From: the human T2T-CHM13v2.0 reference genome, Homo sapiens
Direction: 5' to 3' (one strand)
NCBI RefSeq assembly: GCF_009914755.1
Contig: NC_060947.1
DNA: 64,000 nucleotides
The translations under genes and the position numbers were made by a program. The notes under the pieces are model-generated. The model was given only the letters and a program-made list of their open reading frames with translations, did no database searches and was not told the origin of the DNA. Below are positions 16,080 to 35,986 of this stretch, piece by piece (positions within the stretch are counted from its first letter, which is position 1; each line of letters opens with the position of its first letter).

Positions 16080-16640
16080 AGGATAATATGGTAATCTCTA
16101 TCAAAATTTATAAAGGATGTGTATCCTTTGAGTCAGAAAAAATTGTCATAAGAAATTTCCTAAGTACACAAAATTATGTGCATTTGTTCGTGTATATATG
16201 TATATATATGCATACTCACACATATATATTTAATTTTCAGCAGCATTGTTTTAGTAGAGAAAGGTTGATGACAATATAAATGTCCATTAGTATCAGAAGA
16301 GTTCAATTAAACATAGTTCACTTATATAATGCAATACTATGCAGCTACTCAAGTGGGTTACAACATTATCTATACATACACTGTCATCAAAAGTTGACAT
16401 TATTAACAAGCCAATAAAACAATTTATGACACAAAATACATATCACGATTCCAATTTGGCAAATATGAGACGTGGAGATTTAATTGGTTAGAAGGATAGA
16501 TAGATATAGGGGCTTGTAGATACACTGGACCATCCTTGAAAGTATATGCACATTCTAACGTGGGGACTTCTGGAAAAAGGGTGGACTGGGATGTGAGGTA
16601 TACTTACTTTCACTTTGTTGCCTATCTGAAAATTTTTTAA
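16080..16640 (+). mobile_element. L1ME-like 3' fragment
   Basis: cagcattgttttagtag...aaatgtccattagta...tactatgcagct motifs. Confidence 0.5.
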
Positions 16641-17709
16641 TAAGAAAAATAAAAACATAGGCATTTGGTAATTTTTTGAAAAAATACTAGCCTCAGCATT
16701 CCATTTTTGCAAGTGCCAGCATCAACAGCTATGGAGTCAGTGATCAATTATTTTGGTGGGTATGGTATACAAGGTCATGATCAAGCAACCCCGAGGTTCA
16801 CTCTTTGTCTACAAAGTTAGATTAAGACATAAAGTCAGGTTAGTTAAATACATACATAACAGGTCCCAGCATGTTCTTGACATTTCCAGATGCCACTGAA
16901 AAGCTCTATTTGAAAACTTGAATAGAAATGTAGAAGATATGACATATTGTAAGACCATTACATCTTCCCATTTTCATATGGAGTGGCAAATGTTTGCCAC
17001 AGGGGCACGTGGAAAGGTGGTAGAAAATCAAAATAGCATCCTAAACTTACAGAAATATATATTATTGTTCAAACTCTGCCAGCTTCCAACTTTACCATTG
17101 TTCGTGTGCAAAAATGAGAGTAAGTATAAATGTTTCTGACATATTTGACAATTATTCCATGCATATAAGCAAGCAGAAAAAGAGCATCCTAGGAGAAAAA
17201 TTTTAAGCATATTGTAGCCTAACCAGCTGAAATTCATAAAGTCATTTCTGAATGGATTTCTCTTGTTCTAATTTAGAGTCTCACAGGAATGGTAAAAAAT
17301 ACCTCAATCTTAATACTGATTTCATGGACTTTTAATTAAGTTTGAAGAAAATGACTTGATTTCCTATCCTTATGCATCACATCTGAGGAAGTAGAAACAT
17401 TTATACTCATGATTTAATATGGCCTGTCTAACTGATTGGTTCTCTTTTTTCTGGACATTTTTGGTGGTAAACATAGGTGGAAAGCTAATTCAAGAGGAGG
17501 AAAGTATGGGTATCCAGGGTGAGTGATATCAAAGATTGAAATGAGAATGATTTTAAAGGAGGCATAGTGATGAAAGTTGTACTTTAAGTGTGGAAAAAAC
17601 AGTTAAGAGACTTCTAACTTATAGCATTTTAAAAACTGATCCTTAACTAATTATTTGTATTTGCCAAAATGGATGAATAGGTACCTGTTGCTTTTCTCCA
17701 CTCAGTTAT

Positions 17710-18568
<859 letters not shown>

Positions 18569-18724
18569 AGCAGCAAATTTTTTCCTGAAAGATTAGTTTG
18601 AAGTTTTACAAGTCATCCCATTTTACATGTATGAGGAGAATGAGCTCCCTCTAATGTACAACATGGTGTCTACAGTTTATAACAGTGAATTGTATTCTTG
18701 AAATTTGCTAAGAGAGTAAGTAGG

Positions 18725-21109
<2,385 letters not shown>

Positions 21110-21621
21110 AATAGAGTAAGCAGGTCTAAAGTGTTCTTACCACCAAAGAAAGGTAAGCATAAGAGGTGATGGTTATGTTAATTAGTTTGATCATAGTGAT
21201 CATTTCACAATGAATACATATAAAACATTGTTGTACACCTTAAATATACATAATTTTTGTTTGCCGATTATACCTCAATAATTCTGGGAAAATATTTTTA
21301 AATACTCAGAGGTGATTATTTTATCAAAGTAAAATCTAATTTAATAAAATGTAATCACTTCCAATTATTAGTTTTGTTAAATTTTCTTTTTTTTTCTTTT
21401 TTTTTGTTTTTGTTTTTGTTTTATTAAAGTTTTAGGGTACATGTGCACATTGTGCAGGTTAGTTGCATATGTATATATGTGCCATGCTGGTGCGCTGCAC
21501 CCACCAACTCGTCATCTAGCATTAGGTATTTCTCCCAGTGCTATCCCTCCCCCCTCCCCCCACCCCACAACAGTCCCCAGAGTGTGATATTCTCCTTCCT
21601 GTGTCCATGTGATTTCATTGT

Positions 21622-25444
<3,823 letters not shown>

Positions 25445-25492
25445 TTATTTTGCTCTTTAGTTGATGCAGTTTCTTCGTAGTCTGGATGGTCT

Positions 25493-26510
25493 TTACATTT
25501 TGGCATGATTTTGCAGTGGCTGGTACCAGTTGTTCCTTTCCATGTTTAGTGCTTCCTTCAGGAGCTCTTTTAGGGCAGGCCTGGTGGTGACAAAATCTCT
25601 CAGCATTTGCTTATCTGTAAAGTATTTTATTTCTCCTTTGCTTATGAAGCTTAGTTTGGCTGGATATGAAATTCTGGGTTGAAAATTCTTTTCTTTAAGA
25701 ATGTTGAATATTGGCCCCCACTCTCTTCTGGCTTGTAGGGTTTCTGCCGAGAGATCCGCTGTTAGTCTGACGGGCTTCCCTTTGAGGGTAACCCGACCTT
25801 TCTCTCTGGCTGCCCTTAACATTTTTTCCCTCGTTTCAACTTTGGTGAATCTGACAATTATGTGTCTTGGAGTTGCTCTTCTCGAGGAGTATCTTTGTGG
25901 CATTCTCTGTATTTCCTGAATCTGAATGTTGGCCTGCCTGGCTAGATTGGGGAAGTTCTCCTGGATAATATCCTGCAGAGTGTTTTCCAACTTGGTTCCA
26001 TTTTCCCCATTGCTTTCAGGTACCCCAGTCAGACGTAGATTTGGTCTTTTCACATAGTCCCATATTTCTTGGAGGCTTTGCTCATTTCTTTTTATTCTTT
26101 TTTCTCTAAACTTCCCTTCTCACTTCATTTCATTCATTTCATCTTCCATTGCTGATACCCTTTCTTCCAGTTGATCGCATCGGCTCCTGAGGCTTCTGCA
26201 TTCTTCACGTAGTTCTTGAGCCTTGGTTTTCAGCTCCATCTGCTCCTTTAAGCACTTCTCTGTATTGGTTATTCTAGTTATACATTCTTCTAATTTTTTT
26301 TTCAAAGTTTTCCACTTCTTTGCCTTTGGTTTGAATGTCCTCCCATAGCTCAGAGTAATTTGATCGTCCGAAGCCTTCTTCTCTCAGCTCGTCAAAGTCA
26401 TTCTCCACCCAGCTTTGTTCCGTTGCTGGTGAGGAACTGTGTTCCTTTGGAGGAGGACAGGCGCTCTGCTTTTTAGAGTTTCCAGTTTTTCTGTTCTGTT
26501 TTTTCCTCAC
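25493..26510 (-). pseudogene. L1 ORF1p, disrupted
   Basis: Start codon is GTG, frameshift in A-run near 26300, TGA at 26120; C-terminus PLQNHAKM intact. Confidence 0.92.
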
Positions 26511-26958
26511 CTTTGTGGTTTTATCTACTTTTGGTCTTTGATGATGGTGATGTAGAGATGGGTTTTTGGTGTGGATGTCCTTTCTGTTTGTTAGTTTTCC
26601 TTCTAACAGACAGGACCCTCAGCTGCAGGTCTGTTGGAATACCCTGCCAAGTGAGGTGTCAGTGTGCCCCTGCTGGGGGGTGCCTCCCAGTTAGGCTGCT
26701 CGGGGGTCAGGGACCCACTTGAGGAGGCAGTCTGCCCGTTCTCAGATCTCCAGCTGCGTGCTGGGAGAACCACTGCTCTCTTCAAAGCTGTCAGACAGGG
26801 ACATTTAAGTCTGCAGAGGTTACTGCTGTCTTTTTGTTTGTCTGTGCCCTGCCCCCAGAGGTGGAGCCTACAGAGGCAGGCAGGCCTCCTTGAGCTGTGG
26901 TGGGCTCCACCCAGTTGGAGCTTCCCTGCTGCTTTGTTTACCTAAGCAAGCCTGGGCA

Positions 26959-27267
26959 ATGGCGGGCGCCCCTCCCCCAGCCTCGCTGCCGCCTTGCAGT
27001 TTGATCTCAGACTGCTGTGCTAGCAATCAGCGAGACTCCATGGGCGTAGGACCCTCCGAGCCAGGTGCGGGATATAATCTTGTGGTGTGCCGTTTTTCAA
27101 GCCTGTCGGAAAAGCGCAGTATTTGGGTGGGAGTGACCCGATTTTCCAGGTGCCGTCCGTCACCCCTTTCTTTGACTCGGAAAGGGAACTCCCTGACCCC
27201 TTGCGCTTCTCAAGTGAGGCACTGCCTCGCCCTGCTTTGGCTTGCGCACGGTGCATGCACCCACTGA
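26959..27267 (+). CDS. L1 antisense ORF0, open for 102 aa
   Basis: ATG in gcaATGg context; MAGAPPPASLPPCSLISDCCASNQRDS...; expression unknown. Confidence 0.62.
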   Translation: MAGAPPPASLPPCSLISDCCASNQRDSMGVGPSEPGAGYNLVVCRFSSLSEKRSIWVGVTRFSRCRPSPLSLTRKGNSLTPCASQVRHCLALLWLAHGACTH

Positions 27268-27388
27268 CCTGCGCCCACTGTCTGGCACTCCCTAGTGAGA
27301 TGAACCCGGTACCTCAGATGGAAATGCAGAAATCACCGTCTTCTGTGTCGCTCACGCTGGGAGCTGCAGACCGGAGCTGTTCCTATTC

Positions 27389-27399
27389 GGCCATCTTGG
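27389..27399 (-). promoter_or_regulatory. YY1 site of L1 internal promoter
   Basis: ggccatcttgg (sense CCAAGATGGCC) intact. Confidence 0.75.
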
Positions 27400-27509
27400 C
27401 TCCTCCTCCTAAATTTTCTTATAACAAAAATTCCTAAAGTATAGCAACTTTAGGATATATTCAGTAATGAAATGTGGTAATTAGGTCATAAATGGAAATG
27501 TGAAAACAA

Positions 27510-28530
27510 TTACATAAACTTTACTGAGTTTTTATTACATGCCAGGCACTATTCAGATTGCTTGTTTTTTACATATGTTATCATATTTCGTCCTCACAAA
27601 AGAGCTAATTAACTAGATGTTTCTCTACTGCCATTTTACCTATGAAGAAACTGAAGCACGAATAAGGATAGGGGTTAAGCCACTGGTCGAGTCATATAGC
27701 AAGAAGATTCAAACTTAGGCACTCAAAATTTACAGCTAGTGATTTTGATCACAGTACTATGCTACCTCTCTTGAATACACATTCAATCTGGAGACTACAT
27801 TTTTTGTATGTGGTGTTATGCTCTGTTGGATCACAAAACAGAGAAATTGTAGATGCTAGATGTTCATGTTAAAAAGCGTAAACATTAAGTTGTGGTGAAC
27901 CAGAGATTTCCTGGGAGACAGTATAACTTGAGTGGTTACAAATGAAAACTCTGGAGTAGAAGTGCCTAAATTCACACTCCAACTCAACCAATAGTTGTTT
28001 GTAGAATTTAAGGGGAGTTAGTTAACCACTCAGATTCATTTCATCGAATGAAAATGGTGACCATATTAATTCCAACTGCATAATGTTGTTATAAGCATTA
28101 AATTAGATAATATATGGAAAGGCTTGGAATTACACATGGGATACAGTAAGTAATTAATATATGTTAATTATTATTGTGATATTTACTACCTGACAGAAAA
28201 CAGGACAAATTATAATGGAGAGATTTAAGCTCTATTCTTTCTAGAGGAAAAAAGCTATTCAAATAAGTGAGAAAAATAAGGCTAAAGAGAAATACAATTT
28301 TTAAAAAAGTCACAGGTATTGATAATCTAAAATATGTCAAATGTTCTCTTAGGTGCTTTGCATACATAATTTTCCTTAACACTCATAGCAGACAGGGTAA
28401 ATAGTATGCTTACTTTACAAATAAGGAAACTTAATTAAAGAGCATATCCAAAGTTTAAAACCTGCCCAGTAACACAAGTTAGTGCAGTTATCAGGTACTA
28501 ATTGGTATTCAAATCAAGGAACATCTGATT
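27510..28530. repeat. Cluster of three MIR fragments (about 27510-27770, 27915-28160, 28330-28530)
   Basis: ccattttacctatgaagaaactgaagcac; gttgttataagcattaaattagataatatatgg; tttacaaataaggaaact. Confidence 0.6.
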
Positions 28531-28865
28531 CTCTTTCACCAAGAGAGACTTCTGAGTTTACAGACCAAAGGCAAAAAGGAGAACTACCCTAAATTGTGAA
28601 GTCATAGTCTGGAATTCAGTAAAATATAGGTGATCCCTTTATTCTATCTGTATACGTGTATCTAGTGCAAGCCTCACACAAGCCTCTGTGCAAGCTACAC
28701 ACTGTTGCTACACAAGGTTGTATAGGATGTGCCCTGTGCAGCCGAAGGGAAAAGGAGAGCTAAAATCAAGCCTATTATTCATTCACCAAACATTGAATCT
28801 AAGGGGATACATTTACCACAGAATAGGTACTTTTTCCTCATTTTATATAAAACTGAAATATAGGC

Positions 28866-31800
28866 TGACATGGTTTGGGTCTGTGTCCTCTCCCAAATCT
28901 CATGTCAAATTGTAATCCCCAATGTTGGAGGTGGGACCCTGTGGGAGATGATTGGATCATGGGGGCACTTTCTCATGGTTTAACACCACTCCCCGTGGTG
29001 CTGTGTTGCAATAGTAAGTGAGTTCTTGTGAGATCTGGTCGTTTAAAAGTGTGTGGCACCTCCCATCTTTCCCTCTTCCTCCTACTCTGACAATGTGAAC
29101 TGCCCCACTCACCCTTTGACTTTCACTGTGAGTAAAAGCTCACTGAAGCCTTCCCAGAAGCAGATGCTGCCATGCTTCCTGTACAGCCTGAAGAACTGAG
29201 AACCAATTAAATCTCTTTTGTTTATAAATTACCCAGTCTCAGGTATATCTTTATTAGCAATGCAAGAATAAATTAATACAGAAAATTGGTACTGAGAAGT
29301 GGGGCATTGCTATAAAGATACCTGAAAATGTGAAAGCAGCTTTAGAATTGGCTAACTGGCAGAGGTTGGAAGAGTGTGGAGGACTCAGATGAAGACAGGA
29401 AGATGAGGGAATGTTTGGAACTACCTAGAGATTTGTTAAATTGTTGCCACAAAACTACTGACTATAATATGGACAATGAAAACCAGGCTGAGGAGGTCTC
29501 TTTTGAAAATGAGGAACTTAATGAGAACTGGAGCAAAGGTCACCTTTGTTATGCATTAGCAACGAGGTTAGTGACATTGTGCCCCTCCCCTAGTGATTTG
29601 TGGAACACTGAGCTTTAGCGTGATGATTTAGGATATCTGGTGGAAGAAATTTCTAAGCGGCAAGGTTCAAGATCTGGCCTTGCTTCTTCTAATGGCCTAT
29701 GCTTATACCAGTGAGCAAAAAAAAAAAAAAAAGATGTATAAATGGAATATATATTAAAAGGGGAAGCAGAATATAAAAGTTTGAAAAATTTGTAGACCAG
29801 CCATGTGGTAGAAAAGAAAAGCCCATTTTCAGGGGAGGAATTGAAAAAGCCTGCATAAACTTGAATAAGTAAAGAAGAGCCAATTGCTAATACCTGAGAT
29901 AATGAGGGAATGGCCTCAAAGGCATTTCAGAGGTGTTCATTGCAGACCCTTCCATCACAGGCAGATAATGGTTTTTCCTTGTCCCCCCCAAATCTCATTT
30001 CGAATTGTAGTTCCCATAATCCCTATGTATTGTGGGAGGGGCCAGGTAGAGATAAATGAATCATGAGGATGGGTTCCCCTATCCTGTTCTCATGATAGTG
30101 AGTTAGTTCTCATGAGATCTGATGGTTTTATAAGAGACATCCCCCTTTGCTGGGCACTCATTCTCTTTCCTGCCACCGTGTGATGAAAAATGTGTTTGCT
30201 TCCCCTTCTGCCATAATTATAAGTTTCATGAGACCTCCCTAGCCATGCAAAACTGTGAGTCAATAAAACCTCTTTTCTTTATAAATTACCCAGTGTCCAG
30301 TATGTTTTTATAGCAGTGTGAAAACTGACTAATACAGTAAATTGGTACAGGGAGGGAGACACTACTATAAAGACACCAAAAACCATTGGAAGCAACATTG
30401 GAACTGGTTAAAAGGCAGAAGTTGGAACAGTTTGGAGGGCTCAGAAGAAGGTATGGAAATGTGGGAAAGTTTGGAACTTCCTAGAAACATGGAGGGCTCA
30501 TAGACAGGAAAATGTGGGAAAGTTTGGAACTTCCTAGAGACTTGCTGATGGACAATGAAATCCAGATGTAGGTAATCTCAGATGGAAATGAGGAACTTCT
30601 ATGGAACTATGGTAAAGGTCACTCTTGCTAGGCAAAGAGACTGGTGATATTTTGCCTGTGCCCCGTGATCTGTGAAATTTTAAACTTGAGACAGATAATT
30701 TAGGGTATCTGGTGGAAGAAATTTCTAAGTGGCAGAGCATAAAAGTTTAAAAAATTTGCAGCCTAATGGTGCAATAGAAAAAAAAAACTCATTTTTCTGG
30801 GAAGAAATTCAACCCTGCTGCAGGAATTTGCATAAGTAACAAGGAGCAATAAGTAACAATGTTAATCACCAAGGCAATGGGAAATACGTCTTCAGGCCAT
30901 GTCCCATCACAGGTCCAGAAGCCTAAATTGGAAAAACAGTTTCCTGGGCTGAGATCAGGGCCCCCCCAATGCTGTGTGTAGCCTTGGGACTTGGTGTCCT
31001 GCATCCCAGCCATTCCAGTGGTGGCTAAAAGGGGCCCATTTATAGCTCAGGCCATTGTTTCAGAGGTTGTAAGCCCCAAGCCTTGGCAGCTTCTACGTGG
31101 TGTTGGACCTGTGGGTGTGCAAAAGAAGTCAAGAATTGAAGTTTGGCAATCTGCCTAGATTTCAGAGGATTTATGGAAAGGCCTGAATGTCCAGGCAGTA
31201 GTTTGTTGCAGGAGTGAAGCCCTCATGAAGAACCTCTGCTAGGGCAGTGCTGAAGAGAAATAGAGGGTTGGAGCCCCCAGGCAAATTCCCCACTTGAGTA
31301 CTGCATAGTGGAGCCGTGAGAAGAAAGCCACTGTCCTCCAGACCCAAAATGTGGGATCCACTGACATCTTGCACCATATGCCTGGAAAAGCCACAGACAT
31401 GCAATGCCAACCCATGTAGGCAGCTGGGATGGGGGCTGTACCCTGCAAAGTGACAGAAGCAGAGCTGCCAAGCCTGTGGGAGCCCACCTCTTGCATCAGC
31501 ATGACCTGGGTGTGAGAGATGGAGTCAAAGGAGATCATTTTGTAACTTTAAGGTTTAATGACAGCCCTATTGGATTTAGAACTTGCATGGGGCCTGTATC
31601 CCCTTTGTTTTGGTCAATTTCTCCCATTTGGAATGGGTGTATTTACCCAATGCCTGTATCCCCATTGTATCTAGGAAGTAACTAACTTGCTTTTTATTTT
31701 ACAGGTTCATAGGCAGATGGGACATGCCTTGCCTCAGATGAGACTGTAGACTTGGGCTTTTGTGTTAACCCTGGAATGAGTAAAGACACTGGGGGACTGT

Positions 31801-33372
31801 TGAAAGGCCATGATTGTGTTATGAATTGTGAAAACATGAGATTTGGGAGTGGCCAGGGGCAGAATAATATGGTTTGTCTATATCCCCACCCAAATCTCAT
31901 CTTGAATTGTAGTTCCCATAATTCCTATATGTAGTGGGCATGACCAGAAAGAGAAAATTGAATCATGGGGGCAGTATCCCCCGTTCTGTTCTTGTGATCA
32001 TTAGTTCTCATGAGATCTGATGGTTTTATAAGGGGCTTCCCACTTCACTGGGGAATCATTCTCTCTCCTGCTTCTGTGTGAAGAAGGATGTGTTTGCTTC
32101 TTTTTCTACCATGATTGATTGTTGCCTGAGGTCTCCCCAGCCATGTGAAACTGTGAGTCAATTTTACCTTTTTTCTTTATAAATTACCTAGTCTCATGTA
32201 TGTCCTTACAGTAGTGTGATAATGGACTAACACACAGGCCCAGAGGCTTAGGAGGACAGAATAATTTTGTGGGCCAGGCCCAAAGCCCCACCACTTTCTG
32301 CAGCCTCAGGACACTGCTCCCTGCATCCCAGCCACTCAACCCCAGCCATGGCTAAAAAGAACCCATGTACTACTTGGACTGCTGCTTCAGAGGGTACAAG
32401 CTGTAAGCCTTGGTGGCTTCCACTCAGTGTTAAGCCATTGGGTTTGCAGAGTGCACAAGTTGAGGCTTCAGAGCCCCCACCTAGATTTCAGAGGATATGT
32501 GGAAAAGGCTGGATGTCCAGGTAGAAGCCTGCTACAGTGGTAGAGCCCTCACAGGGAACCTCTACTATGGCAGTGTAGAGGGGAAATGTGAGATGGAGCC
32601 CCAACACAGAGTCCCCACTGGGACATTGCCTACTGGAGCTGTGAGAAGAGGGCCACTATTTTCCAGAACCCAAATGGTAAAGTAACCAACAGCTTGCACC
32701 ATGTACCTGAAAAAGCTGCAGACACTCAGTGCCAACTCTTGAGAGTAGCTGGCACAGGGGTAGAGCTGCCAAAGGTGTGGGGAACCCAGCACTTGCATCA
32801 GAGTGCCCTGGATATGAGACATAGAGTCAAGGAGATTATTTTGGAGCTATAAATTTTAATGACTGCCTTGCTGGGTTTTGGAGTTGCATGTGGCCTGTAC
32901 CACTTCTTTTGGCTAATTTCTCCATTTTGGAATGCATGTATTTACCCAATGCCTGTATTCATATTCTATCTTGGAAGTAACTAATTAACTAACTTGTTTT
33001 TGATTTTATGGACTCATAGGTAGAAGGAACCAGCATTGTCTCAGATGAGACTTTGGACTTTGGACATTTGAGATGCTGGAATGAGTTGACTTTGGGAAAT
33101 TGTTGGGAAGTCATGATTGTATTTTGCAATGTGAGAAAAACATGAGATTTGGGAGGAGACAGGTGTGGAATAATATGGTTTGGGTCTCTGTGCTCACTGA
33201 AATCTCATGTTGAAGTATAATCCCCAGTGTTGGAGGAGGGGTTTGGTGGGTGATGATTAAATAATGGGAGCTATTTTTTAATAAGTGGTTTAGCAACATT
33301 CCCCTAGTGCTGTTTGTGTGATATAGTTCTATGAGATCTGGTTGTTTAAAAGAGTGTGGCATCTCATACCAC
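28866..33372 (+). mobile_element. MSTA MaLR provirus: LTR 28866-29280, internal 29281-29962 and 32240-33170, truncated 3' LTR 33171-33372
   Basis: tgacatggtttgggtctgtgtc...aattgtaatccccaatgttggaggtggg LTR; MaLR internal start gaaaattggtactgagaagtggggcattgc. Confidence 0.88.
29963..32234 (+). mobile_element. Full-length THE1 (C/D-like) provirus nested in MSTA-int: LTRs 29963-30336 and 31865-32234
   Basis: Two LTRs around THE1-int; perfect 5-bp TSD caggc at 29958-29962 and 32235-32239. Confidence 0.92.
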
Positions 33373-35010
33373 CATATGTGACCCTTCAGACAGATAATTC
33401 AAAAAGCAGTGCTGAGGAAACTGAAGGAAATTCAAGAGAGCACAGAGACAGAATTCAGAATCCTATTAGATACATTTTAAAAAGAAATTGAAATAATGAG
33501 AAAGAATCAAGCAGAAATTCTGAAAAATACAACTGGCATAATGCAGAATTTAGCAGAGTATATTAATAGCAGAATTGATCAAGCAGAAGAAAGAATTAGT
33601 AAGCTTGAAGACAGGCTATTTGAAAATACAAAGTCAAAGTAGATAAAAGAAACAAGAATAAAAATCAAGGAAGCACACCTACAGGATCTAGAAAATGGCG
33701 TCAAAAGGTCAAATCTGAGAGTGATTGGCCTTAAAGAGGAGGTAGAGAAAGAGATAGGGGTAAAAAATTTATTCACAAGGGATAATAACAGAGAAGTTCC
33801 CAAAACTAGAGAAAGTTATCAATATTCAGTACAAGAAGGTTGTAGAACACCAAAGAGATTTAACCCCAAGCAGACTACCTTAAAGCAATTAATAATCAAA
33901 GTCCAAAGAGCAAGTATAAAGAAATAATTCTACAGCAGCATAAGAAAAGAAACAAATAACATACAATGAAGCTCCAATATGTCTCACAGAACACTTTTCA
34001 GTGGAAGCTTTATAGGCTGGATGAAAGTGGCATGACATATTTAAAGTGCTGAAGGGGAAAAAAAAATCCAAACCTTTGTAGTCTAGGATACTATAGCTGG
34101 TGAAAATATCCTTCAGGCATGAAGGAAAAATGAAGACCTTCCCATACAAACAAGAGCTAAGGGATTTCATCAAAACCAGATATGACCTACTGTAAATGCT
34201 AAATGGAGTCCTTCAATCTGAAAGGAAGGGATATAAATGAGCGCTAAAGAATCATTGAAATGTACAAAACTCACTGGTAATAGAAAAACACAGAATATTA
34301 TAAAACTATAATTTTGGAGCATAATTAATTCACTCTTAAGTAGAAAGAAAGACTAAATAATAAAGCAATCAAGAATAACTATACAAACTTTTTAAGGCAT
34401 AGATTGTCCAATAAGATGTAGAGAAAAAACAAAAAGTTAAAAAGGGGGGGAACTAAGTTAAAATGTAGAGTGTTTATCAGTTTTCTTTTTACATGTTTAT
34501 TTGTTCATTTATAAGATCAGTGATGTTTCCAATGTAAAATAATGGATTGTAAGATAGTATCTACAAGCTTTATGGTAAACTCAAATCAAAAAAACATACC
34601 ATGGATACACAAAAAATAAAAAGCAAAAAATTAAATCACACCACCTGAGAAAAAGACCTCCACTAATAGGAAGACAGCAAGGAAGGAAAGAAAAAGAAGA
34701 AAGAGAAGACCACAAATAACCAGAAAGCAAAAAAAAATAGCAAGAGTAAGTTCTTACTTGTCAGCCATAACATCGAATGTAAATTGGCTAAACTATCCAA
34801 CAACAACAGCAAAAAAAAAAAAAAAAAATCATAGAGTGACAGAAGGGATTTTTTAAAAAAGACCCAATGATCTACAACATAGATCTTGCCTAAAAGAAGC
34901 ATAAATCACCTATAAAGATACAAATAGACTCAAAATAAAGGGATGGAGAAATAGATTCAAAACCAATGGAAATCAGAGAAGAGCAGCAGTAGGCTTTATC
35001 AGACAAAATA

Positions 35011-35090
35011 TTAGATTGGTGCAAAAGTAATTGCTATTTTTCCCATTGAGAGTAATGGCAAAAACAGCAATTACTTTTGCACCAACCTAC
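35011..35090. mobile_element. MADE1 (Hsmar1-derived 80-bp MITE, hairpin)
   Basis: ta|ttagattggtgcaaaagtaattgc...gcaattacttttgcaccaaccta long inverted termini. Confidence 0.92.
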
Positions 35091-35986
35091 AGTTTTCAAG
35101 ACAAAAACTGTAAGAAAAGACAATTTAGCTCATTAAATAATATATAAAAATATATAACAATTTTAAATATATATGCAACCTAGACTGGAGCACCCAGATA
35201 TATAACGCAAATATTATTGGACCCCAAAACAATAATAGTTGCAGACTTCAATATCTCACTTTTACCATTGGACATATCTCCTAGACAGAAAATCAATTAA
35301 GAGATACCATAGTTAATCTGCACTACAGAAAAAATGGATCTAATAGATATTTACAGAACATTTCTTCTAATGGCTACATAATATATATTTTTTTCCTCAG
35401 CACAAGGATCATTCTCAAAGATAGGCCATATGTTAGATCACAAAACAAGTCTTAAAACATTCAAAAAATTGAAGTAATATCAAGCATCTTCTCTGACCAC
35501 AGTGGAATATAAATAGAAATGAATAAAAAGTAGAATTTTGGAAACTACAAAAACACATGGAAATTGAACAATATGCTTCTGAAAGACCACTAGGTCAAGG
35601 AAGAAGTTAAGTAGGAAATTGCAAAATTTCTTGAAGCAAATGATAATGGAAACACAGTATATCAAAATGTATGAGACACAGTGAAATAAGTACTAAGAAG
35701 AAAATGTGTAGTTATAAATGTTAACATAAAAAAGAAGAAAAATTTCATATAAATAACCTAAGATGCATCTTAAAAACCTAGAAGAGCAACAGCAAACTAA
35801 GACCAACATTAGTAGAAGAAAAGCAATAATAAAGAACAGAACAGATGTAAATACATTTGAAATAAAGAAAATAAATACAAGAAATGAATGAAATAAAAAG
35901 TTGGCCTTTTGAAAGATAAACAAAATTGGCAAAACTTTAGCAAGACAAAGGAAAAAGAAAAAAGACACAAATAAAAACAGAGATGA

